A stretch of 64,000 bases of DNA from Monocercomonoides exilis PA203 (Eukaryota; Protista; Preaxostyla): assembly GCA_001643675.2 (NCBI GenBank), contig LSRY02000002.1:744001-808000 (forward strand), read 5' to 3'. The notes beneath the pieces are model-generated. The model had not been told where the DNA came from. It did not search any database and saw only the letters and a list, made by a program, of their open reading frames with translations. The position numbers were made by a program, and so were the translations under genes. The stretch's first letter is position 1. Each line of letters opens with the position of its first letter. Of the stretch, positions 32,574 through 45,088 are shown in pieces.

Positions 32574-33580
32574 AGGGTCAACTTTTAAATAGGACTTTTT
32601 CCTTAATTGGCACTTTTTTGTTTTTGTTTGCAAAATGTCGAGAAATGAGAAGTAGTTTTCAGCATTTTAAAAATCCTTTTTAACAAGTTTTATTCTATTT
32701 ATTTGCAGTTTGTTTTTATATTTTAACTTATTACACATTGAGAAATTTCGTTTTTTTGTTAAATTTAAAAGGACTTTTTCTAGCCAACTGGGAATCGCCC
32801 AAGAAATTGGGGACATGTTTTATATTGCATTTGCTTCGAACTATTAATCTTTAAAATCTTTATTTTCACAAACACTTTTTTCTTGATTTTTTCGCATTTC
32901 AAATTTTCATCAACATGATAACATAAAACTGTTTATTTCTTTATTAATATAATGAAATGAAAAAAATGAAAATATGACATGAAAAACAAATTCTTTAATT
33001 ACGAAGTGTTGAAAAAATAAAACACTCTCATTTTCTATTTGTCTCAAACTTAACTTCGTTACAATAGTTTGATCGAAGATTATTTTTTATTTGTGCCATT
33101 TGTCTGTTAGAGACAAATTGAAAATGAGAATGTTTTATTTTTTCAACACTTCGTAATTAAAGAATTTGTTTTTCATGTCATATTTTCATTTTTTTCATTC
33201 ATTATATTAATAAAGAAATAAACAGTTTTATGTTATCATGTTGATGAAAATTTGAAATGCGAAAAAATCAAGAAAAAAGTGTTTGTGAAAATAAAGATTT
33301 TAAAGATTAATAGTTCGAAGCAAATGCAATATAAAACATGTCCCCAATTTCTTGGGCGATTCCCAGTTGGCTAGAAAAAGTCCTTTTAAATTTAACAAAA
33401 AAACGAAATTTCTCAATGTGTAATAAGTTAAAATATAAAAACAAACTGCAAATAAATAGAATAAAACTTGTTAAAAAGGATTTTTAAAATGCTGAAAACT
33501 ACTTCTCATTTCTCGACATTTTGCAAACAAAAACAAAAAAGTGCCAATTAAGGAAAAAGTCCTATTTAAAAATTGACCCT
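32574..33580. mobile_element. ~1 kb foldback element / long palindrome, family unassigned
   Basis: Inverted arms ~32574-33045 and ~33110-33580 (~470 bp, a few mismatches and one 1-nt indel) with a ~64 bp spacer. Termini AGGGTCAA...TTGACCCT. No clear target-site duplication and no ORF. The palindrome is certain; the transposon origin is inferred. Confidence 0.65.
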
Positions 33581-34157
33581 GAATGAGATTTTGAATTTCA
33601 GGAAAGGTAGAATTTTTAATATTTTCGTTTTATTGTATTTTATTTTTATTTATTATAATTATTTATGAAATTAGAATATAAGGTTAAAAAACTTTATAAA
33701 AAAAACTGAATAATTGTGTTTTGTCGAATTTTTTCCATTTTCAACTTTTGAAAAATTATTAAGCTTCCATCTTTAAGTTCTAAATAAAAGACGAAGAATA
33801 TATGTTTCTGAATTATCAGATATTAAACACTCATATTCAGAGCTTAATGCACCCATTTGAATGTGTTCAAAACAGATTCAATTTATTTTGCAACCTTTTC
33901 AATTTTGAAATTAAAGGTGTAATTGAGTAAAAAAAAAGTAAAAAATAATTTTTTTTCAAAATTGTAAGAGGGATTTTTTATTTCATTAATAATCTTCGAA
34001 ATGATAAATGAACAAATATTTGAATAAAATAATAATCAATGAAAAATTTGAGGTAATCAGTAAGACCAGTTTGCCGATTTTAAGGCAAAGCTGAATAATC
34101 GAGCATAAAATAAATAAAGAATGAAAATAATATTTTAAGAAATGCATAAAAATTGTT

Positions 34158-37100
34158 TTAATCACTTAATAATTTCTGTTGCTTTTGAAGGACTTCCAAC
34201 ATACCTTCAATATCCAGATCTTGCGATTCCTCATCACTTCTCCATTCACTTACTTCTGGTTCACAGTTATCCGTATGCTTCTCTTCATATTCCTCAGTTT
34301 CTATATCACTTTCAACAATTTGTCGATTTACATAATTTTTTAACATTTCATCTTTTTTTTGATTTTCAATTTCTTCTCTTTCCTCCTCCTCCTCCTCTTC
34401 TTCTTCACCTTCTTCATCTCCATTTTCCTCACCTTCACCTTCATCTTCTTCCTCTTCTTCCTCTTCCTCTTCTTCTTCTTCTTCTTCTTCTTCTTCTTCT
34501 TCCTTTTCCTTTTCCTTGCCTTCCTCCTCCTCAGCTTCATCATCATCATTCTTCTCGTTTCTGTGCTCTTTCTCTTTGAAAAGTTCCCCGTTGTCATTTT
34601 CCACCTTTTTGTTTGAATCCTCGTTTATTTTCATAGAAATTTGTTCAGATTCTTTTTGATTCGCAATTACACCATCTTTCATTTGCTTTTCCTTTTTCTT
34701 GTTTGAAGCTAATGGATAGCTAAATGGATGTAATTGCTTGCCAGGAGAAGAAAATTGATCTGTACTTTGTTGAAGAAGAGCATCATGCTTTTGTGACAAA
34801 AATGAAGACTCTGAAGCCGAGCTTGATGGTAACTTCGATGACTTTTGCCGCAAATTAACACCAGCAAGAAATGTGAATGCATTTGAAGAGAATAAGCATT
34901 TCGGAGGGGTATCCATTGACTGCTCTTGCAACTCATCATCTGATGAAAGTTGAGGACGAGAATTAGAAGAAGGCTTTGCATTTGACGCTTTTGCGGAATT
35001 CTGTTGATAATCAAGTGATTCAGATGCTTTTGGAGAAGCAGCAGCTGAGCTCGATAAGTCCGAAGGAAAATCAGCTGAAGAAGCAACTGGATTTGTTGAT
35101 GGCTGTTTTTGAAGGTGAATTGAAGAATAAGATCGACGATTGGTTGACGATAATTGTATTGGCTGTTGCTGTGGAGTAGTTCTTTGTGCTGATGTTGGCA
35201 AGACGATTGGAGCTTGAGTGAGAGATGAACTGCGTGTTGATAAAGTCAATGAAGCATTTGAAGAAGGGGGAGACGAAGTTGTTGATGATTCAGCACGTGT
35301 TGTTGATGGGGTGATAAATGCTTTTGAACGGGTTGCAGATTGAGAAGAGACACTACCAGAATAAGATGAATGCTTAGGTGTGATATTTGCTGACGCTCCG
35401 AAACCATAAGTTCGTTTTGGACGGTTTGATGATGAAACTACAGACAAATTCGATGTTTTTAATCCTTTTGTTGCATTCGACGAAATCTTTTGTTGTTCGT
35501 TCGTTTTTGTGCTTACACCTCGTTTTTCACTTTGAGGAGTATTTCTTTTCTTTCTTTCTTCCCTCAAGTTCTCCTCATTCTTCTCTCTTTTTTGTTCTTT
35601 CTCTTTCTCCCTTTCTAATTCCCTTTCCCTCATCTTCGCTTTCTCTGCAAGAAGTCTTGTTTTATCGCTAATTGAAGGAGAAAACGTGTATTTCTTTTTC
35701 TCTTCTTCTTCCACTTTTTTCAGCACTTTTTCTCGTTCATATTGCATCAATGCAACAGAAGTGGTTGCACGCGAAGCAAGCACTGTCGATGCTCCAACGG
35801 AAGTATTGGAAGAAACACTCAAAGAAGGAGAATTTGAAACATTGCGATCAAATTTCACTGTTGACAACGGGGCAGAAACTGATCCAGAGCTCTTAACTTG
35901 CTTCGGTGTGACTGCCTCAGATTCAAAAACAGCTGATTTATCTCCTTTCTTTTGTTCTTCTTTCTCCTTCATCATCTCTCTCAGCATTGCCAAATCTCTC
36001 TCTCTTTTCTTTCTTGCCAGCTCTTCGCTTTTCTTGTTCACTGTTGGATGAAAAGTGCATTCCGCTGCTGCTTCTGCCTCTTCAGCTGTTATGTAATCCA
36101 CTTCCGAGTTGTCTGAATCATCATCTGCATCCATCAAAGTGTCCTCTCCAACAAGAGCCAGCACTTCTGCCTCCGTCCGTTCTTCTTCCGGTGTTAAAGT
36201 TGAAAAAGATCCACGTACTTTTCTATTTTGAGAAGATACTCCTCCTCCTAAACCTCTCTGTGCGTGTTTTGTGGGAGGAGAGAAAACATGCGAATGGAAA
36301 GGCGAGGCATATTCGAGTGTTGTTTTTGCAACTTCCAAAGCTTTCAGAGTTGAAAGAGCATCATTTTCAGGCAATTGAGGAACAACAATAGACACCATTG
36401 CCTCTGAAGAATCAATGAATTCGTCTTCTCTTTCTTTGTCATCTGCATCTCTGATAAAAACATCGGGCTCTGAAAGATCAGACGAGTTTTGGTCTGCCAT
36501 TGTGCCAGAGGGTGGTGTCATGATTTTGGATGAAAGAGACACTTCGGATGAAGATTTCTTCAGTTTCCTTGCAGATTCCTCGTTTTCAACTTGTGAAACA
36601 GGAGTTTTGCGTACTTGTTTGTTGTGATGTTGGCTAATTGATGCCAAAATCAACTCCTTCTGTGCCTTTTGAGCAGCTGCTTGGTTCCTTCTGATAGCTT
36701 CCCTTCTCTTTTTCTCCTTCTCTTTATCTTCTGCTGCTTGCTCCTTTTCTAGTTCCATCATCCTTTCCCGCTCGTTCTTCTTCTTCTTCAGCTCAACCGC
36801 TGCCTCACGCAACATTCCAGTTCTGCCTTGTGCCAGCGCATTCTTAAGTACTTTCCGAGTCAGAGGCTGTGATGAATCAAACAGTGGATGAAGAACACTG
36901 CCAGAACTAGAAGACACAAGAAAAGGCTCCAAAAAGCTAAGAAATGACTCGAGAGAAATAAATGGGAATGAAGGGAAAAGCGTTTGCCGATCCAAGTCAG
37001 ATTGCTGTTTAATAGATGATGAAGACGAAGAAGATTGTTCATTAAATTGCTGCTGCTGTTGGTGAGGCATGGCTGTTATTGACTGCGCATCAACTAACTC

Positions 37101-40100
37101 ATCATTTGCATCCTCTCTTTCTTTCACTTTATTGCTTTCTCTTTCTTTTTCCTTCTCTTTATCTTTCATTGCTCTCTTCTCCATTTTTTCGATGGAAGCA
37201 TACAATGCTGTCCACACATCTTCGGTCAGATCAAATGGAGGCTCCGCTCGAATAAGCCTTTCTGCCTCTTTTCTCTTTTCGTTCTCTCTCTGCAAAGAAC
37301 GCATAATCTCTTTCATTGAATATGAAGAAGTAGAGGAGGAAGAGGAAGAGGAAACAGGAGAGTAAAAAGCAGAGGGTGTCATAGCAGAGCCTGAAGTGTT
37401 GAATGATTGTGAAGAGTCAAGAGGGTTAGAATGGAAATAAGGACTGCGTGTGGAGTGAAGATGAGAACCGCCAAATGAATGTGAATACTGTGGGATAGAA
37501 GGAGGGAAAAGTGTATAGAGGAATTTGAGCTCATCGACATTTAAGAGCGAAGTGTGTGGCGATGGAGCTATTTCCAGAAAGAGCGAGGCAACACGAAGAG
37601 GAGAAGACGAAACATCGTCGAAATAAAGAGAGGTTGACTGAAGTGGAGTTTCGATTGATGAAGAAGCAGAGGAGCTGATTGAGGGCACTTTTTCTCTGTG
37701 GACAGGTGAAGTGGAATGCTCCAAAGATTGTCTCTTTGAAGATAAGTTTTGTTGAGCAGAGATAGAATTGCTTTTAACCGAGTTTGCAGGAAGAGAGTCA
37801 GAAAAGTTTGCTGTTGTTGAATCATGTGGAGGTGGAGTTGTCAGATTCTGTATAGCTGATCTATCAGAGCTGTTCCATTTGCTCTTTGGAAGAGGAGGCG
37901 TAAGCAGTTCGTATTCTCGAGCTTCTGTTTCGACATCTGTGCTATTGTCAACAATAAGACTTCTTTTTGCTTCTACGTTTTCAATTTCATCGCTTCCCTC
38001 TTCTTTTTCCATGTTTTGCATCATTTCTGCTCCTTCCTCTTCTTCTTCTGCAATGCCAGTTAGTGATGAATCGAAATCAAGTTCGGGCGTTGTGATAACT
38101 GGAGTGTATGCTTCAAAATGAAGAGAATAGTTCTCTGCGTTCTCTTCACTCATATCTTGCTGTTGCTTCATCATATGTTCTGTTTGATCATCATTTTCTT
38201 CAATCGATTCATCAGTTTTACCATTGTATGCTCCCTCTTCGCCAACTGCCTGTGGAAGAATTATTGAAACCTTCTTCAATCTTGGCTGCATATGCGCTGT
38301 TTCGTCAAATATCCGGTTATTTTCTTGTTCTTCTTCTTGAATCTCATTTGAGTCAACTTTCTCAGCATTGCCATCATCCTTTTCATCCTCTTTTTGCTCA
38401 TCGCTCTCTTCATCCTCCACACTCAAACTCACAACAGGCAAAGAATCAACATCCATCAGCATATATTCCTCATCTTTCTGCGCTTCCTTCTCCTTTTCCT
38501 CGATAATCTTCATCTTTTCTGCTATTTTCTTTGCTTTCACTCTCATCTTAACCAACCCTTCAGTCACCTTCACAAACACTTCCCTCACTCTTTCTCTTCT
38601 CCTTTCAATCACAAGTCGTTCACTTCGTTTTTGCGTGTGCTTTTTCTTGCTCTCTTCAATCTGTGCTTTCTCCTCTTTTTCTCTCGCTTCTCGCATCTGG
38701 TGCATCTGCTGTATGGAAATCGAGTGCAACCGCGCAGCGCTTCGAGCAACTTCTGTTGAAGGAAGAATACGACTCGTTGAAGTTGAAGCTGTCATTGAAG
38801 AAGAAGAAGAAGACGGCTGCATTGCAGTCTGTTTTTGATGAAGAGGTGTTTCAGTTGGAGCTAATAAAAACCTTTGATCATTCAGAATATCATCTTCTGC
38901 ATTGCCTAAATCCAGAGTTGCTAACATAGATGCATCTGCTGCATTGGGTTGTCTTTGACTATTAGATGAAGACAGTCCTTGAGATGAACGGGACGGTGAA
39001 GGAGATGCTGACACATTCACCAATGGTCTCAACGGTGGTTGCTTGCGGCTTTGAAAAGGCTCCACAACTTTCTGACTCTTATTCGGCTTAAAAGGAGAAT
39101 TAGCTATTTCCAAGTCCATCAGCTGTCTCTGCCTCTTCTTTGCATCGCTCTCCATCCGCTTCACAACGTCCTCTTCCAGAAAATCATATCCTTTCTCCTC
39201 ATTTTCTTCTCTTCTAATGCGTTCATTTCGTGAATTCTTTTCCCCATCTCCGGATTTGTGCGATCTGCCAGAATGTGCATCTTTCATTCCTTTCTCTTTT
39301 CTCGCTGTGCCAAACTGACTGTCACTTTCCTCTTCCTCTTCCATGTTGCTCCAATCGTCGTTGGACAACATGATAGAATCGTCAGAATCGTCGCTTGTTT
39401 GATTTCTTTTCTGTGTCACTCTGGTTAAATGCCTCTCCTTGATTTCCATTTGAATTTGGCTGTCTTTCTCAAAATCATCACTCGAGTCATTAAGCATGTT
39501 ATCTTCAGCCTCTTGCAGTTTCTGCAACATGTCGAGCTCTTCTTTCTTTTTCTTTTCCATCTGCGCCCGTTTTTCCTCTTCTCTCTTCTTCTTCACTCGC
39601 TTCTCCCAAAATTTGTTGTTGATAACTGGTTTAAAAGTGTATTCTTCATTCTTTTCTCTCTCGAGAGCTGACTGCCTTTCTCTGCGTTGTATGCTGTCTT
39701 TTGTTAAACGCTCTGTCACAGACTCCTCCACACCATCATCGTTTTCCTCTTCTTTGCATTCTTTTCCCTCAGACGCTTCACTTTTCGCGCCTTCTGTATT
39801 CTTTTTTCTCCTCACAAACTGTTTTGCAACAAGCACCGGCTTAAAAGTACATTCCTCGTCGCATTCTCTTTCCATCTCTTCTTTTTCTTCTGCTGTTTGC
39901 CTTTTTGGTATCGCTAAACGATCAAGAGCCATCACAAGCGAAGGATCTGCCTTTTCTCTCCATTCAGATGCTTTAGTAAGTTTCTCTTTCTTTTTGGCTT
40001 CGGCTGCTTCCTGTTCTTCTTTAGCTTTTCGCCTCTTTTCCTCTTCTTCCTTTTGACGTTTTCTTGCTTCGCCATATAATTTTACACCAACTAGTTGGGC

Positions 40101-40825
40101 ATCTTTCTTCTTTATTATTTTCAAGGATTGTTTTTCCTTCATCTCCTTTTCCTTTCGTTCCTTTTCCAGTTTTTCTTCAAATTCTTTTCTTTGCTTAACT
40201 AAGCGTTCATAAATAGGCATTGTTTTGTCTTGTACAGTTTTGTGCTTTGATTCATTTTTAATTTTAGATTTAGTTGAAGGAGAAGATGATTTCTCAGTCT
40301 GTTGCATTTCATTAAAAGTTGACTCCTGATCATGAACTTCCTCTTTTGGCTTCATTTCTGTTCCCATTCCAGCAAAATTTTTGCAAAGTATCTCGTAAAC
40401 ACTTTGTGGCAATCCATGCTTTTGGCAAAATTCCTGACACACATCTTCAATTTTATCTCCTTTTTTAAGCTGCCAAATATCATTATAAGCTTATAAAAAC
40501 GATAAGAAAATGTTTTCAAACAGTTATAGTTTCATTTTTTCCTTTTATCTTCAACGAAACGGCAAAAAGCGCCTTTTGGCTTTCTTGAGGTGGATGGTCG
40601 CTTTCTGCTGTTTGAAATGGTTTTGTACTATCACTTTGTTGAGAATCACATTCATCTATTTACGGATTATCGATAAATTCAAAAGTTTCATAAATAATTG
40701 GTGAAATATTTGAAAAAAAATTTGAAAGAATAAACCTAATTCACTGAAAGTTTACAAAATATTCGTAAAAAATAGAAATTATGTTCATAAAATGTACTTA
40801 AAGCATCAAACTTTTCTTGTTCCAT
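34158..40825 (-). CDS. Large low-complexity/coiled-coil protein with TFxP repeats (~2157 aa); exons 40825-40798, 40655-40522, 40469-34158
   Basis: A 6.3 kb open exon. Upstream GT-AG introns join an N-terminal module LFAVSLKIKGKNETIT-LKKGDKIEDVCQEFCQKHGL. Repeats ECTFKPVL, EYTFKPVIN, ECTFHPTVN and KYTFSPSIS; poly-Glu C-terminus. The first exon is less certain. Confidence 0.75.
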
Positions 40826-41022
40826 TTCTTTGTATTCATTAATATCACAATTTTGCATTTCAAACTAACCCATAAATATTCATTTTTTATTTTTTTGGTA
40901 TCCAAGTTCATATTAACACATACAATATTTAGGATATTTATAAAAATATATACCAAAGATGAAATAGTATTCAATGGGTCAGATCATCATCCGTTTAGTT
41001 TATTCGAATTAGTCCATAGCAA

Positions 41023-41924
41023 ATGAGCATTCAAACGGAAAAATTATTTTGTGCAGAACAAATCGAAGTTCCTTTAGAGCTCCCTGAAATTTTGAAGGTT
41101 TTAACATTTATCTTTGACATGCTATCTGGATATATCAAATATTTAGGCCTTTACTAAGGAATGCATTCGTGCTCAACCAGAAAACCTTGTTGAATTTGCA
41201 GCTAATTATTTTGCACAAATGGCTCAAACGGGAGATAGTGTGATTTTTGTTGATGCAAATGAATTTTTGACAAATTAAAATATTGCAACTGTAGGTGAAA
41301 GTAACATGTCTATTGAGCAATTTGTAGCGTTAAGACAAAAGGTGTGATTTTATATTAGTGCACGTCAGCATTTAATTTTTCGTATAGTTTGAAGAAATTG
41401 ATGCTGAGAATATTTTCGTTCTTCCACGTGAAACAATAACTCAAGTTGCAATTGATTCTGGGATATCAGATGCCACAATAAATAATATAAACTCGTATGG
41501 GCGAGTCTTTAAAAAACCTCTCATTTAATGTTTATTTATTTTCGATGTAGAATGGGGAAACCAGAAAAGACAATGGATTGGAGAGAATTTATCGTTTTGG
41601 CAATTTCTGTTGCTGCTGAGGTTCGTGCATTAAAATAAATATATTTTGAATCGAACAATTTATATATATTAATATTATTATTAGAATATGATAAGCGCAT
41701 TTGAATTAATATTCATGACATTCGCTTCACAAGAAGAACCTGCACTTCCAACAAACTTCTTCCTTCTACTTGTAGGTTTTCTTATTTCCCGAGATCCAAG
41801 TAAGCCGCCTGAATATATGGATCAGTTGCGAGAGATTCTCGAAACAGAAAACGATGGGGCGTTTAAAGATCAAGTTACTTTTGAAGAATTTGCTGCTTTG
41901 CCAATTGCAGAGACCTTGAGATGA
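41023..41924 (+). CDS. ROPN1L: Ropporin-like / radial spoke protein 11 (RIIa dimerisation-docking domain), ~209 aa; exons 41023-41097, 41147-41237, 41295-41341, 41388-41494, 41551-41620, 41685-41924
   Basis: The spliced N-terminus LFCAEQIEVPLELPEILKAFTKECIRAQPENLVEFAANYF matches the ROPN1L/RSP11 RIIa domain. Five GT-AG introns give a continuous frame. The ORF track mostly misses this gene. Confidence 0.85.
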
Positions 41925-42797
41925 TTATAGGCAAATCATCATACACTACACATTTTTATTTTTATTTTTCTATTGCACGCAAAGCTCTGTCTGCCCTTTT
42001 TCTAAATTTATTGAAATGATTCATTTTCTTTCACAAACTTGTATTTCTTGTTTCTCGTCTTTGATGGCATATTTCATTCACACGCTTCAGATACACATCT
42101 TCTTGTAATCTTTGTACTTTATTTTTTATTTTCAGTTCTTCTACAACTCCATTTCTTAACAATCAAAAATATAATTTACTGAGAAAAAAATTTTCATATG
42201 TATTTTGCATTTAGGTGCTCTTTCAGTTTCGCCTCCGAAACTATTGAAAATTTTAAGAACTTTTCGTGAATTTCCAACATATTTGAATAAAAACATCCCC
42301 AAAACACACTTTTCATTTATCAAAACAGACTTTTGAATTGTATTATTATTATTAAAATTATTATTTTTGAAATAAGTCAAAAGAAACATCATTTGTTTGT
42401 ATTCAAATCCATCCTTTTAAGATTTTCAGTTTTTCCATTTTTTATATACTGTAAGAAAAATGAAAATATCTTTTTTTGACTTGTTTAATGCTGACATCAA
42501 TGTCGGAAAAGATAAGAGTATTTGATAAAAGCCATGACATCATATTCATTAATGTAATCTCTTATCATTATTATTCTTGATTTGAAAAAATGTTTTGAAA
42601 AAGTGATCACACACATTATTAAGATCAACAATTATTTAGGTTTCTCCGTTAATTCTGTTTATTCTTCGATTATTCAATATAACATTAATTTTATATTAAT
42701 TTTTTGATGGAAAATTTCCACTTGCATTTATTTTTCGCGATTTTCTTTTGTAAATATATGTTTTTATTGCGTTGTGTTTATCGAACAATTTCATTAG

Positions 42798-43568
42798 ATG
42801 CAAAGCATTTTCGGTTTTGCGGGAAAGGATTATGTAATGATTGCAGCCGAGTCTTCTTCGCAAAGTTCTATCCTTCGTATAAAAGATGATTTAGATAGAA
42901 TTTACGAAGCTGATGATCGTTTTGCTTTTGCTTGTGTTGGAGAACCGGGCGACGATGATGCTTATTCGGATTACATTGTGCGTAACATACAATTAAATAA
43001 ATTTAGGTTTGTTTTAAAATCAATCAATTATTTAAAGTTTTGATGAAAATATTTTTTTGCATTTCAAAGAAATGGTTATTCATCAACAACTCATGCAAAT
43101 GCGAGTTGGATGAGATATGTGCTTGCGGAGAACCTTAGAAAATCCCCATATCAATGTAATTGTGTTGTTGGTGGAGTTGATTTACCATCTGCCTTTCAGG
43201 ATATCACTGCAGAGCCACAAGTGTTAGTCAGTTCGCCTTCTGCTTCAGCTTCTTCATCTTCATCTGAATCTTCATCTGCATCTTCATCTGTTGCATCTGT
43301 TTCAGAAAAAGATATTACACCTCATTTATATTATCTTGATTATCTTGGTACATTGTGTGAAATTCCATTTTGCGCACACGGATACTGTGGATATCTGTTA
43401 TATGGATTGTGGGATCACATGTGGAAGAAAGATATGTCAAGAGAAGATGGAATGAAAATGTTAAAAGCAAGCATTGCACAAATAAAAAAGAGATTTGTCA
43501 TGCAACAAAATTCATGGATTGTAAAGATAATCACAAAGGATGGCATTGAAAGGGTTCAATTAGAATAG
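42798..43568 (+). CDS. PSMB2: 20S proteasome subunit beta-4 (PSMB2/Pre1), ~235 aa; exons 42798-43006, 43070-43568
   Basis: MQSIFGFAGKDYVMIAA, GEPGD, RNIQLNKFRNGY, LAENLRKSPYQCN, LYYLDYLGT, AHGY and IKKRF match beta-4. One 63-nt intron. Confidence 0.92.
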
Positions 43569-43834
43569 GAGTGCAAGAATGTTCGTTGCATTTCATAGTG
43601 TTTTGATTTATCTTTCTTGAATTCAGCGACTTTTGTTCAATCTTCCGTGGAAAAATTTGCATATTTGAAGCGTATAGACTACTAATAACTTTAAAGTTTT
43701 TAGTCAAAAAGAATCAAATTATATTGAATCAAGTGATTTATCATTTCGCTAAAATGAAAGAAAGAAATTAAAAGTCTTTATGTTTTAGAAATAAAAAGAA
43801 TAAACAGAAATGTTAATTTATGATTTTCTAAAAA

Positions 43835-45056
43835 ATGATCAATTGCGTTGTATTATTTCGATGATTATTTTATAATTTATATATTATTTCAGTATAAATG
43901 GTTTTATATTTATTTTTTCTTTATGCATAAGTATATTTATACGCATTTGAATTATCTTTTAAAACATTATTTTAAGTTACCTTCGAATTCATGTGATACT
44001 AGTTCAACTAGTTTTCCACTTTGTAGAGATTGTAATTCAACTCGAAGTAATATATTTTGTGCAAATTGTGATGCATTTTATTGTGAAAATTGCTTTGTAT
44101 CAGCTCATCTAAGTGATTATACTCACATTTCGCTATTTTCTTGCCATTGGAATGGAAATCCTTTGGAATGCAATGAATATGGAAGACAACACTTTTATAT
44201 GTTTTGTAATGAATGTAACAAAGCAGTTTGTGTGTTTTGTCCGACAATAGCAGAGCATAAAGGCCATAGATGCTCTGTAAACTACCCATTTTATCACCAA
44301 ATCTCTGATCATCAAATAAATTGTCAAACTCAAAATGGATCTTCTGAACTTTCTCAGCAAGCTAAGGCAAACTTATTTTACCCTTCCATATCGGCTCATT
44401 TTTTAAGACGAGAATCGGAATTGGCTTTGAGAAAATTGACGCATGTGAAAAATGATGTATGTGTCAGTTAGAATTTTGACATGTATAAAAAACATTATTA
44501 ATTTGTCAATATTTTTTGTTTTTAGCTTCCACTTCTTTTTCGCACGCGTTCGTTCATTCTTTCAGAATTATTTACGATATTAAGAGAAACAATCGATGAT
44601 TTGGAAAAAACTGTGAAGGAAGAAGAAATAGATGCTGAACAGAGTTTGGTTGATCTTCTTGATGGTTTAAAAAACAAGGTGGAAAGCCAAGTGTCGAGCA
44701 AAGAAATGAAAGAGCTATGTGAAGTTTTTTTAGAAAAGGACTTACGAGACAATCTCAAACAAGAAAAGCAGAAAGTTAGCAATGAATTCATTAATGAGTC
44801 TAACAACAGTAATACTTCGGATTCTCCATCTAATTCTTCAGCTGATTTGTTATCTTTTAATTTATCTGGAACATTTCCCACGCCAACATCTGACCAGCTC
44901 GCTTCGTTTCTTTCGAATACGTTGCCTGAGTCAGGTGCTTCTTCAACCACTTCATCTTCTTTGTCATCAAATCACACATCATCATCATCATCAACACCAT
45001 CAACAACATCATCATCCAATTCAAATTCTTCACAATCATCTTCTTCATCTTCCTTA

Positions 45057-45088
<32 letters not shown>

